From: Chitinophagales bacterium 65-1 | Lineage (GTDB): Bacteria > Bacteroidota > Bacteroidia > Chitinophagales > Chitinophagaceae | Length of the DNA: 64,000 nucleotides | NCBI GenBank assembly: GCA_002050465.1 | Contig: MWYX01000061.1 | Coordinates: 459-64,458, forward strand | Direction of reading: 5' to 3' | Shown: piece after piece, positions 19,386 through 28,623 of the stretch | How the letters are laid out: each line of letters starts with the position of its first letter | Numbering within the stretch: position 1 is the stretch's first letter | Notes under the pieces: model-generated | What the model was told of the DNA's origin: nothing | Seen by the model: only the letters and a program-made list of their open reading frames with translations | The model's database searches: none | Position numbers and translations under genes: made by a program

Positions 19386-19449
19386 AGCTGCTTTTTTATA
19401 AAACCATTAAATTAATCCTCAATGAGTTAGGATTCTTAAATAAGATTAC

Positions 19450-19457
19450 TAAATTTG
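19450..19457 (+). promoter_or_regulatory. Bacteroidota -7 promoter element for the HU gene
   Basis: TAAATTTG matches TAnnTTTG, 40 nt upstream of the ATG. Confidence 0.65.
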
Positions 19458-19497
19458 TAAGACCAGAACTCTTATTCCTCAAAGTAATTATCTAAAA

Positions 19498-19800
19498 ATG
19501 AGAAAAGCAGATCTAATTAACCAAATTTCAGAAAAAACAGGCATACCCAAGGTTGATGTTTTGGTTACGCTTGAAACTATGTTTAAAGAAGTAAAAGAAT
19601 CTCTTGGCAAGGGAGAAAATATTTACATCCGGGGTTTTGGAAGTTTCATTACTAAAAAAAGAGCGGCCAAAATAGGCAGGAACATTAAGAAAAATGTAGC
19701 TGTAAACATTCCTGAGCATTATGTACCTGCCTTTAAGCCTGCGAAAGAATTTGTTCAGGATATAAAGGATAAAAATGAAGCACGAAAAGAGCAGGAGTAG
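19498..19800 (+). CDS. HU/IHF family DNA-binding protein
   Basis: MRKADLI...IRGFGSF...GRN...VPAFKP. Confidence 0.95.
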   Translation: MRKADLINQISEKTGIPKVDVLVTLETMFKEVKESLGKGENIYIRGFGSFITKKRAAKIGRNIKKNVAVNIPEHYVPAFKPAKEFVQDIKDKNEARKEQE

Positions 19801-19843
19801 TTACCTTTGCTCCTCCACTAAAGTCTATGGCTTAAATTAATTC

Positions 19844-20695
19844 GTGAAACAGCAACTTATCTTAACTGCCGTAGGTGCATTATTATTTATCAGCCTTCTC
19901 TTGTTTGGGAACATTAAATCACAAAAAAGCAGTTTTCCCCATACGGAACATACCACAGCAACTTTTAACATTACGGATTCTATTAATAAAGCAAAACAAA
20001 AACTATCTTCTTCACAGCTTTTGTATGTAAGCAATTTAGAAAACAGCATTACAAGAGGAGATGTAAAGCAGCAATCGCACAATAATTATATTCATTTAGC
20101 CAATTTTTGGAAAGATTCTGTCAAGGCTTTTGTGCCTTATGCCTTCTATCTTAGTGAGGCTGCTAAGTTGGATAATTCGGAAAAAAGCCTCACCTTTGCT
20201 GCCCGCCTGATTTTAGACAGCATGCGCCGTGAGGAAAACGATCTTGTAAAAGCATGGGAAGCAGAAACAGCGATAGTTCTTTTTGAAAAAGCCATTCAGT
20301 TAAATCCCAATAATGACGATCTAAAGATAGACTTGGGCAGTTGTTATGTGTATGGAAAAGGAATGACAGGGAATGCTGCTGAAACAATGAAGGGGGTACA
20401 GCAATTGCTTAAAGTTGTTGAAAAAGATTCCAATAACATGAAGGCTCAATTAATACTGGGAATCGGTGGGGTTATCTCGAGGCAGTATGATAAAGCTATC
20501 ACCCGGTTAAATAAGGTAGTGGCAGCTCAACCTCAAAATTTAGAAGCTGTATCATGGCTGGCGGATGTGTATGCAGAGAGTGGAGATAAACAAAATGCTG
20601 TTAAATGGTATGAGTACAGCAAAAGATTAGTAAATAATCCTGCTTATACCCGGGAAGTTGATTTGAGAATAAAAGCATTGCACCCCAACCCCTAA
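19844..20695 (+). CDS. TPR-repeat membrane-anchored protein
   Basis: N-terminal TM segment, TPR helices; promoter TACCTTTG at 19802-19809. Confidence 0.8.
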   Translation: MKQQLILTAVGALLFISLLLFGNIKSQKSSFPHTEHTTATFNITDSINKAKQKLSSSQLLYVSNLENSITRGDVKQQSHNNYIHLANFWKDSVKAFVPYAFYLSEAAKLDNSEKSLTFAARLILDSMRREENDLVKAWEAETAIVLFEKAIQLNPNNDDLKIDLGSCYVYGKGMTGNAAETMKGVQQLLKVVEKDSNNMKAQLILGIGGVISRQYDKAITRLNKVVAAQPQNLEAVSWLADVYAESGDKQNAVKWYEYSKRLVNNPAYTREVDLRIKALHPNP

Positions 20696-20702
20696 AGGGG
20701 CT
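20681..20702. repeat. Short REP-like hairpin overlapping the TPR gene stop
   Basis: caccccaacccctaaaggggct; the TAA stop (20693-20695) lies within the hairpin. Confidence 0.6.
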
Positions 20703-20762
20703 TATGAAAAGAATATTAATTGAAGCCTAAAATATTTAAAATAATTATTAAAAAATTGAGTT

Positions 20763-20852
20763 ATGCCTTGTGGTAAAAAGAGAAAACGTCATAAAATTGC
20801 TACCCATAAACGCAAAAAGCGTTTAAGAAAGAATCGTCATAAAAAGAAATAA
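20763..20852 (+). CDS. Small ribosomal protein bS22 (AURKAIP1/COX24/mS38-like), 29 aa, absent from the ORF track
   Basis: MPCGKKRKRHKIATHKRKKRLRKNRHKKK. Confidence 0.88.
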   Translation: MPCGKKRKRHKIATHKRKKRLRKNRHKKK

Positions 20853-20936
20853 CTATTTCTTTTCTTACCTGAGCCTGAATCCGGCTACGTATGTGTTTTC
20901 CTGTTATGCTTAAGGCATTCGATTAAAAGATTTAAT

Positions 20937-22484
20937 TTGAACAAGGAATTAATTATTAATGCTGCCCCACAGGCTGTAGAAATTGCCCTGTTGGAGGATA
21001 AAAAACTGGTTGAGCTGCATAATGAAAAAGCTGATGCTAACTTTGCAGTTGGTGACCTCTATCTTGGTAAAGTAAAAAAAATCATTCCCGGTTTAAATGC
21101 TGCATTTATTGATGTAGGGTTTGAAAAAGATGCCTTTCTCCATTATACTGACCTCAGCCCTTATATCCGCTCTATTCTAAAATTTACCCACATGGCAATG
21201 CAGGATAAAACCCAGCATGGCTTTGATTTTGGAAAGTTTGAAGTAGAACCCGAAATTGTAAAGACAGGTAAAATAGCAGAAGTATTAAGTGGTAAACCCA
21301 ATATATTGGTTCAGATATTAAAAGAGCCTATTGCTGCAAAAGGACCCCGTCTTAGTTGTGAATTATCCCTGCCGGGAAGATGTGTGGTACTAACCCCCTT
21401 CAATGATATAATAGCAGTATCAAGAAAAATTCATTCATCAGAAGAAAGAAAACGCCTCCACAAAATTATTGAAGCTATTAAGCCAAAAAATGTTGGTGTT
21501 ATAGTACGCACTGCAGCCGAAGGTAAACATACTGCGGACTTGCATGAAGACCTTTTAAGCCTTATTAATACATGGAAGACCATTCAAAAAAACTTAAAAG
21601 GCGCTGTACCCCCTGCAAAAATTTTAAGTGAAGAAGGCAAAACAAACAGCATGTTGCGGGATCTGTTAAGTGAGGATTTTAATAAGATAGTTGTGAACGA
21701 TAAAAACATTTATAACGATACAAAAACATATATACAAAGAATAGCCCCCGATAAAGCAGACATACTTTCTTTTCACAATAATGGCGCTCCTATTTTTGAC
21801 AGCTACGGAATAACTAAACAGGTAAAGGCATCCTTTGGTAAAACGATAAACCTGCCCAGTGGCGCTTATTTAATTGTTGAGCATACTGAAGCGCTTCACG
21901 TAATTGATGTAAATAGTGGTTATAAAAGTGTAAGTAATAACCAGGAGCAAAATGCCCTCGAAACCAACTTGGAAGCGGCGGAAGAAATTGCACGACAATT
22001 AAGGCTGAGAGATATCGGAGGAATTATAGTGGTTGATTTTATTGATATGAGGTTGATGGAAAACAGGAAAAAGCTTGTGGAGGTGATGGAATCTTTTATG
22101 AGGGTAGATAGAGCCAAGCATGCTTGCTTGCCCATTAGTAAATTTGGATTGATGCAAATTACCAGGCAGCGGATGAAGCCGGAGATGAACATCAATACGC
22201 TTGAAGTTTGCCCAAGTTGTTCCGGCACGGGAAAAATTTCTTCTACCTTAATTTTAGAAGATGAAATTGAAAAGAATCTGAGTTATCTCATTATGCAAAA
22301 GCACAAAGAACTTACGGTTGAAGTTCACCCGATATTATTTGCTTATCTCACCAAAGGTTTTCCCAGTAAAAGAATGAAATGGAGCTGGAAGTACAAACAA
22401 AAAATACTGGTAAAGCAAAACAGTAATTACCATCTTACTGAATTTCATTTTTATGATAAAACGGACGAGGAGATAAAGTTGTGA
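20937..22484 (+). CDS. Ribonuclease E/G family
   Basis: S1 domain AAFIDVG, EHTEALHVIDVNSG, RLRDIGGIIVVDFIDM, CPSC zinc link. Confidence 0.95.
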   Translation: MNKELIINAAPQAVEIALLEDKKLVELHNEKADANFAVGDLYLGKVKKIIPGLNAAFIDVGFEKDAFLHYTDLSPYIRSILKFTHMAMQDKTQHGFDFGKFEVEPEIVKTGKIAEVLSGKPNILVQILKEPIAAKGPRLSCELSLPGRCVVLTPFNDIIAVSRKIHSSEERKRLHKIIEAIKPKNVGVIVRTAAEGKHTADLHEDLLSLINTWKTIQKNLKGAVPPAKILSEEGKTNSMLRDLLSEDFNKIVVNDKNIYNDTKTYIQRIAPDKADILSFHNNGAPIFDSYGITKQVKASFGKTINLPSGAYLIVEHTEALHVIDVNSGYKSVSNNQEQNALETNLEAAEEIARQLRLRDIGGIIVVDFIDMRLMENRKKLVEVMESFMRVDRAKHACLPISKFGLMQITRQRMKPEMNINTLEVCPSCSGTGKISSTLILEDEIEKNLSYLIMQKHKELTVEVHPILFAYLTKGFPSKRMKWSWKYKQKILVKQNSNYHLTEFHFYDKTDEEIKL

Positions 22485-22580
22485 CTAGTGAATGGTAAGT
22501 AGTGAGTAATCAAAACTGTAAGGTATGAGATGTAAATAAATAACTTTCACACTCACTATTCAGCACTCACAACTCACTAC
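22481..22580. repeat. Converging heptamer arrays (GTGA-type / ACTCAC-type) between convergent genes
   Basis: gtgacta gtgaatg gtaagta gtgagta ... actcact attcagc actcaca actcact. Confidence 0.8.
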
Positions 22581-22581
22581 A

Positions 22582-23277
22582 TTAATCATCACTCCTGCTC
22601 TGGTAAATTAAAATGTATTGTACCAGCATGGCAATGGATGCTAATGCTGCAACAACATAAGTAAGTGCTGCCCATTTTAAAGCATCCTTTGCTTTATCGT
22701 GTTCTTCACCTTTGGTAATATGAGAAGTATCAAGCCATTTTAACGCTCTTGCAGATGCGTCGAACTCAACCGGCAAGGTTATTACAGAAAATAGTGTAGA
22801 AGCTGCAAATAAAATTATCCCTATCAATAAAATAGTTGGATTACCGCCGCCAACTGTAAACAAGCCAAGACCGATTAATATTACCCATTGAGCAACGTTA
22901 GTACTTATTTGAACTACCGGCACCAATGCAGAACGGAGTTTAAGCATGGAGTAAGCAGTAGCATGCTGAATGGCATGTCCGCATTCATGAGCTGCAACCG
23001 CAGCGGCAGAAACATTCCTCCCTTCATATACATCTTCGCTTAGGTTAACTGTCTTTTTGGTGGGATCATAATGGTCGCTTAAAAAGCCTTTGGCTGAGAT
23101 AATGTCAACATCATAAATACCATTATCTCTCAGCATTTTTTCGGCAACTTCTTTTCCGCTTAAATTACTGCTGGTAGGTATTTGACTGTATTTTTTAAAT
23201 TTACTTTTTAAGATAAATTGAACGATCATGCCAATTACCATAAAGATTACAGAAATGAAAATTATTCCGAGGTCCAT
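22582..23277 (-). CDS. Membrane zinc metallopeptidase (YugP/Zn_peptidase_2 family)
   Basis: LSDHYDP, AAHECGHAIQH, TLPVEFDASARA, AALTYV. Confidence 0.92.
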   Translation of the reverse strand: MDLGIIFISVIFMVIGMIVQFILKSKFKKYSQIPTSSNLSGKEVAEKMLRDNGIYDVDIISAKGFLSDHYDPTKKTVNLSEDVYEGRNVSAAAVAAHECGHAIQHATAYSMLKLRSALVPVVQISTNVAQWVILIGLGLFTVGGGNPTILLIGIILFAASTLFSVITLPVEFDASARALKWLDTSHITKGEEHDKAKDALKWAALTYVVAALASIAMLVQYILIYQSRSDD

Positions 23278-23369
23278 TGTTTTTATTTTTATTCTAATTC
23301 ATCAATAAATATACCATTGGTGTTCTCTGACGAATTAGCAGGCTTTGTAATTGTTAAACTATGTTAAAC

Positions 23370-23398
23370 AAAAAAGAGAGAATCTTTTTCTCTCCTTT
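23370..23398 (-). terminator. Intrinsic terminator after atpA
   Basis: gagagaa/ttctctc stem with an adjacent A-run (U-tail on minus strand). Confidence 0.65.
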
Positions 23399-23417
23399 AA
23401 ACATTTATAAATTAATA

Positions 23418-24995
23418 CTATTTGTATTGTGGAATTAATTCTTTCGCAAGGTCAACCATTTTTTTAATTCCTTCTTCCGGCAAATTTCCATTTTTAAACT
23501 CTGTCAAAACCTCCGGCATCCTGTTATCCATTTCCATTAAAAAATGGTCTTCAAAAGCTTTTACATTTTTAACAGCAACCTCACTTATCAATCCATTGGT
23601 TCCAAGATAGATAATAGCTACCTGTCTTTCTACAGCATAAGGAGAAAATTGTGGCTGTTTTAAAATCTCCACGTTTCTGGCTCCTTTATCCAATACAGAT
23701 TTTGTTGCAGCATCCAGATCACCCCCAAACTTTGAGAACGCTTCCAGCTCCCGATACAAGGCCTGGTCAAGCTTTAATGTGCCGGCAACTTTTTTCATTG
23801 ATTTTATTTGTGCATTACCACCCACACGGCTTACAGAAATACCTACGTTAATTGCAGGACGAATACCGGCATTAAATAGGTTGCCCTCCAAAAATATCTG
23901 TCCGTCAGTAATGGAAATTACATTTGTAGGAATATAGGCAGATACGTCACCAGCCTGAGTTTCAATGATAGGTAGAGCAGTTAATGACCCGCCGCCCTTC
24001 ACCAGGTGTTTAATATTTTCCGGAAGATCATTCATCTTCTGTGCAATCTCATCTTTAGAAATGATCTTTGCTGATCGTTCTAATAAACGACTGTGCAAAT
24101 AAAATACATCACCCGGATATGCTTCACGTCCGGGAGGTCTTCTTAATAAAAGAGAAACTTCCCGATATGCTACCGCCTGCTTACTTAGATCATCATAAAT
24201 AATTAGGGCAGAGCGGCCGGTATCTCTGAAAAATTCACCGATAGCTGCGCCGGCAAACGGTGCATAGAATTGCTGCGGGGCAGGATCGGAAGCAGAAGCT
24301 GCAACTATGGTAGTGTATTCCATTGCATCATTTTCCTGCAATGTTTTCATTACCTGTGCAATAGTAGACGCCTTTTGGCCAATTGCTACATAAATACAAT
24401 AAACGGGTTTCCCTGCTTTAAAAAATTCTTTTTGATTGATAATAGTATCCACACAAATTGCACTTTTGCCGGTTTGACGGTCACCAATTACCAACTCTCT
24501 TTGTCCGCGGCCAATCGGTATCATGGCATCAATGGCTTTAATACCGGTTTGCAGCGGTTCTTTTACCGGCTCACGAAAAATTACACCGGGCGCTTTACGC
24601 TCCAGCGGCATTTCAAACAGATCTCCTGTTATCGGGCCCTTTCCATCAATTGGATCACCTAATGTATTAATAACCCTTCCGGCTAAACCATCCCCTACTT
24701 TTATAGAAGCAATTTTACCCGTACGCCGAACAGTAGCGCCTTCCTTTACATCTCCCTGGTCACCCATCAAAACCACACCAACGTTATCTTCTTCAAGGTT
24801 TAATGCAATTGCTTTTACTCCGTTTTCAAATTCCACTAATTCCCCGGAACTAACATTATTTAGCCCATATATTCTTGCAATACCATCACCAATCTGCAAT
24901 ACAGTACCTATTTCTTCCAGGTTTGCTTCTGCATCAAAATTGCTAAGTTGTTCACGCAGGATTGCCGATATTTCATCAGGTTTAATATCTACCAT
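23418..24995 (-). CDS. atpA: F1 ATP synthase alpha subunit
   Basis: [29 protein letters not shown]. Confidence 0.99.
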   Translation of the reverse strand: MVDIKPDEISAILREQLSNFDAEANLEEIGTVLQIGDGIARIYGLNNVSSGELVEFENGVKAIALNLEEDNVGVVLMGDQGDVKEGATVRRTGKIASIKVGDGLAGRVINTLGDPIDGKGPITGDLFEMPLERKAPGVIFREPVKEPLQTGIKAIDAMIPIGRGQRELVIGDRQTGKSAICVDTIINQKEFFKAGKPVYCIYVAIGQKASTIAQVMKTLQENDAMEYTTIVAASASDPAPQQFYAPFAGAAIGEFFRDTGRSALIIYDDLSKQAVAYREVSLLLRRPPGREAYPGDVFYLHSRLLERSAKIISKDEIAQKMNDLPENIKHLVKGGGSLTALPIIETQAGDVSAYIPTNVISITDGQIFLEGNLFNAGIRPAINVGISVSRVGGNAQIKSMKKVAGTLKLDQALYRELEAFSKFGGDLDAATKSVLDKGARNVEILKQPQFSPYAVERQVAIIYLGTNGLISEVAVKNVKAFEDHFLMEMDNRMPEVLTEFKNGNLPEEGIKKMVDLAKELIPQYK

Positions 24996-25005
24996 ATAAA
25001 AAAAA

Positions 25006-25569
25006 TTATCTTAGTTTTTGAATATAATCGTTGTTCATAAATTGTTTTTGCACATCGTTAAGATCTCTGCGAATGCTGGCATCTGCTAAATATCCTTCCA
25101 TTTCCAGCACAAACCCGCCAACAAGGTTCTCATCAACTACAGTTTCTAATTCAATATTTTCTATCTCTTCCGAAACTTTTATTTTATTAATGAAATCGTT
25201 TTTTATTTCATCGCTTATTTCAATTGCTGTTGTAAGCTTAACTTTATGAATGCCTTTTGCCACATTATATTGTTGAATAAAGGCTGATATTATTTCAGGA
25301 AAATTAGATTCCCTGTTTTTGGTACCTAATAATTTAATAAATGAAGCGGTTAATTTACTTATCCTTCCTGCTGTTACTGATTCAATTATCTTATTCTTTT
25401 TATCTTCTTTAATGATAGGACTTTTAAGAACATTGGCAAACTCACGGCTGGTTTTGCAAATATTATCCAGCAATTTCATATCATTAAATACTTCTTCCAG
25501 CTGTCCTTTTTCCTGTGCAAGATCAAGTAAGCTTTTTGCGTATCGTATTGCTAAACGTGGATTTGTCAT
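25006..25569 (-). CDS. atpH: F1 ATP synthase delta subunit
   Basis: RYAKSL, TTA, LVGGF..DASI; operon position. Confidence 0.95.
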   Translation of the reverse strand: MTNPRLAIRYAKSLLDLAQEKGQLEEVFNDMKLLDNICKTSREFANVLKSPIIKEDKKNKIIESVTAGRISKLTASFIKLLGTKNRESNFPEIISAFIQQYNVAKGIHKVKLTTAIEISDEIKNDFINKIKVSEEIENIELETVVDENLVGGFVLEMEGYLADASIRRDLNDVQKQFMNNDYIQKLR

Positions 25570-25570
25570 A

Positions 25571-25645
25571 ATGTGCAAATTAGCTGATGTGCTGATGTGC
25601 AGATTGGAAACTCTTTAATCTACACATTTGCATATCTGCATATTT
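25571..25645. repeat. Converging octamer arrays between atpF and atpH
   Basis: atgtgcaa attagctg atgtgctg atgtgcag ... atctacac atttgcat atctgcat. Confidence 0.8.
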
Positions 25646-25646
25646 T

Positions 25647-26141
25647 CTAATTCATTTTTACATTTTCTGCCAGTTGTTTAATATATTTTTCCTGCTCCTG
25701 TTTGTTGCTTAATTCCCTGCGCAATATTTTCTCGCTTACTTCCACTACTAATGTTCCAACCTGGTTTTTAAGGTCAGTTAATGCAGCCATTTTTTGTTGT
25801 TCTATTACTGATTGTGCGTCTGCAATAATTTTATTTGTCTCAACTTTTGCCTGCTCTTTTGCCTCGCTGATAATTTTATCTTTTGTATCTTTTGCGTCCC
25901 TAAGCATTTGCCCTCTTTCTTCCCGTGCTTTTACCAGTAATTCCTCATGCTCGCTTTTCATTTGAGACATTTCAGTTTTTATTCTTTCTGCTGTTGCCAA
26001 TGAATCAGCAATCCCCTGTTCACGGTCGTTCATTGACTTTAAAATGGGCTTCCATGCATATTTTTTAAGAATAAAAAATACAATAAGGAAAGCAAGCAGT
26101 GTCCAGATTATTAAACCAAAGCCTGGTGTAAGTAATTGCAT
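25647..26141 (-). CDS. atpF: F0 ATP synthase b subunit
   Basis: N-terminal TM segment, WKPILKSMNDRE, coiled coil. Confidence 0.96.
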   Translation of the reverse strand: MQLLTPGFGLIIWTLLAFLIVFFILKKYAWKPILKSMNDREQGIADSLATAERIKTEMSQMKSEHEELLVKAREERGQMLRDAKDTKDKIISEAKEQAKVETNKIIADAQSVIEQQKMAALTDLKNQVGTLVVEVSEKILRRELSNKQEQEKYIKQLAENVKMN

Positions 26142-26311
26142 TTTAAAACTGTTTAAAAGGTTTAACGTTCCAGAGGTTTAAGGTTGTGTAACGATAAAAC
26201 TCTTTGTTGAATAATGCTATAAAAGTACAAGTGAGTGACACAACGATGTTTAATAGCAGCACTGAAGCCGGCTACCAAAATCAAAAAACACTCAATTGTA
26301 AAAGAACTTTC

Positions 26312-26353
26312 AAAAAAATACTGCACTCTCCGCCCTGTGCATTGAGTGCAGTA
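26312..26353 (-). terminator. Terminator-like hairpin between atpE and atpF
   Basis: 10-bp perfect stem tactgcactc (26319-26328)/gagtgcagta (26344-26353) plus a U-run on the minus strand. Confidence 0.7.
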
Positions 26354-26360
26354 ATGTGTT

Positions 26361-26642
<282 letters not shown>

Positions 26643-27818
26643 CTAAACAATAACCGCTTCTGCATGTCCATCCACATCTTCATGTCCACCTTCAAACGCC
26701 TGACCGATAAATACTGCGGTAAGGTTTGTAAAAATATATGCCTGTAAAAATGCCACCAGTAGTTCTATAAGATAGATGAACACCACAAATGCAATTGATA
26801 GTGGTGAAAATCCCCAGCCGATATAGGTACTTAGTGCTCCGAAAATAAATATCAATGATATTAAGCATATAATAATGATATGCCCGGCAATCATATTTGC
26901 AAAAAGACGTATCATTAATGCAAAGGGTTTGGTAAATACCCCTAAAATTTCCACGGGAATTAAAATTGGTTTTACTCCAATGGGTACAGGCGGATTAAAA
27001 ATGTGTGCCCAATAATGTTTATTGGTGCTCAACATAATAATAACAAAAGAGATTACGGATAAAACCAGCGTAAATGCAATATTGCCTGTAACGTTTGCTG
27101 AGCCAGGTATTAAACCAACCAGGTTGTTTATAAGGATGAAAAAGAAAACCGTAAGCAGGTAGGGGAAATATTTTTTGTATTTCTTGCCCAGGTTTGGCTT
27201 TGCAACCTCATCTCTAACGAAAGTGATAATAGGCTCTATTAAATTCTGTACTCCTTTTGGTGCAGTGGTTACGCCTTGTCCGCTCCTGTATTTTTTTGCC
27301 ATATACAACATTACCCAAACCAATAATCCAAGTGCCAAAAACATTTGAACAACGTTACGGGTAAGAGAAAAGTCATACACTTTTACGGTGTTATCTATGT
27401 CACCATTTTCTTTTACAGCAACAATTTGTTCTGCTGAATATTTTTTTGGGTCAAGTTTTTGGTCAGTTATTTTATCATTTGTAATAATATCATAACCATT
27501 ATAAGAATGCTCTCCATGATGAAATTTGGAGGACATGAAAATATCGAGGCCCTTTTCTTTCGAGTAAAGAATTACAGGTAGCGGGATAGTGGCATGATGT
27601 TCTTTACCATTACTGCCTTTATAAGATAAAAAATGAAATTCATGAGCATCTAAAACGTGGCCAAAAATTACCTTATTCGCATCAAAGCCTTCCTTTTTAG
27701 CCTTTTCGGCTTTATGTTTTTCTTCATGCCTTTCCTGTGCAAAACACATATTAGAAAAATTTATTAAAAATAAGCTGAAAACGGCTACCAATATAGTTTT
27801 ACTGCACTTTGCCATCAT
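26643..27818 (-). CDS. atpB: F0 ATP synthase a subunit (Bacteroidota long N-terminus)
   Basis: PFALMIRLFANMIAGH, LVAFLQAYIF. Confidence 0.97.
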   Translation of the reverse strand: MMAKCSKTILVAVFSLFLINFSNMCFAQERHEEKHKAEKAKKEGFDANKVIFGHVLDAHEFHFLSYKGSNGKEHHATIPLPVILYSKEKGLDIFMSSKFHHGEHSYNGYDIITNDKITDQKLDPKKYSAEQIVAVKENGDIDNTVKVYDFSLTRNVVQMFLALGLLVWVMLYMAKKYRSGQGVTTAPKGVQNLIEPIITFVRDEVAKPNLGKKYKKYFPYLLTVFFFILINNLVGLIPGSANVTGNIAFTLVLSVISFVIIMLSTNKHYWAHIFNPPVPIGVKPILIPVEILGVFTKPFALMIRLFANMIAGHIIIICLISLIFIFGALSTYIGWGFSPLSIAFVVFIYLIELLVAFLQAYIFTNLTAVFIGQAFEGGHEDVDGHAEAVIV

Positions 27819-27838
27819 ACCCTTTTCTGATTTTGGCG

Positions 27839-27846
27839 CAAAGATA
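27839..27846 (-). promoter_or_regulatory. -7 promoter element for the atp operon
   Basis: CAAAGATA, i.e. TATCTTTG on the minus strand, about 20 nt upstream of atpB. Confidence 0.65.
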
Positions 27847-27948
27847 AGGCTGGAAAGGGGAAATTAAAAATTAGAATGGAAATAAATTGAGAGTAATACT
27901 AACCATAGATAATGTTTCCGTACTTTGAATCATAAAAATAAAAAAGCA

Positions 27949-28515
27949 ATGCTGGGTCCTGTTATAGATTATTTTAATAGCATTACGCCTTTACCTGAGG
28001 AGCTGATTAATGACCTTGTAAAGTTTGCAGTTATAAAAGAATTTAAAAAAGATGATTTTATTCTAAAAGCAGGGGAAGTATCCAACTATACATCCTGGAT
28101 CTTAAAGGGCCTAGTGCGCAGTTATTATGAAAAAGAAACGGAAGAAGTTACTACTAAATTTTTATGGGAGGGGGCACCCATTACATCTATATATAGTTAT
28201 TATAGAAGGAAACCCGGTAATGAAAATATTGTAGCATTGGAGGATACACAAGTAGCTAGCATGCATTATGATCACATGCAATATCTGTACAAAACGTATC
28301 CGGCTTTTAATTTCATCGGTAGGGTAGTGACAGAGCAATATCTGTACATGTTGGAGATTGAAGTTTATAATTTTAGAAAACAAAAGGCAGAGGACCGCTA
28401 TAAATTTATTGTTAAACACTTTCCTCATTTATTACAAAGGGTACCCTTGAAATATTTAGCTACTTATTTAGGGATGAACCTGGAAACATTGAGTCGTATC
28501 AGAGCCAAAAAGTAA
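27949..28515 (+). CDS. Crp/Fnr family transcriptional regulator
   Basis: cNMP-binding fold (KGLVRSYY, ALEDT) and HTH LATYLGMNLETLSRIR. Confidence 0.93.
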   Translation: MLGPVIDYFNSITPLPEELINDLVKFAVIKEFKKDDFILKAGEVSNYTSWILKGLVRSYYEKETEEVTTKFLWEGAPITSIYSYYRRKPGNENIVALEDTQVASMHYDHMQYLYKTYPAFNFIGRVVTEQYLYMLEIEVYNFRKQKAEDRYKFIVKHFPHLLQRVPLKYLATYLGMNLETLSRIRAKK

Positions 28516-28527
28516 TAGGGTTCAAGT

Positions 28528-28578
28528 TTGACTTTTGTCAAATTCTTTTTTTGATAGAATGAATTTGACTTTTGTCAA
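28528..28578. promoter_or_regulatory. Two identical TTGAC-TTTT-GTCAA palindromes (probable Crp/Fnr operators)
   Basis: Copies at 28528-28541 and 28565-28578; same geometry as the FNR box TTGAT-N4-ATCAA. Confidence 0.75.
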
Positions 28579-28623
28579 CTACATTGACCTGGTAATGGTA
28601 TTTCTTTGAATAAATAAAAATTC

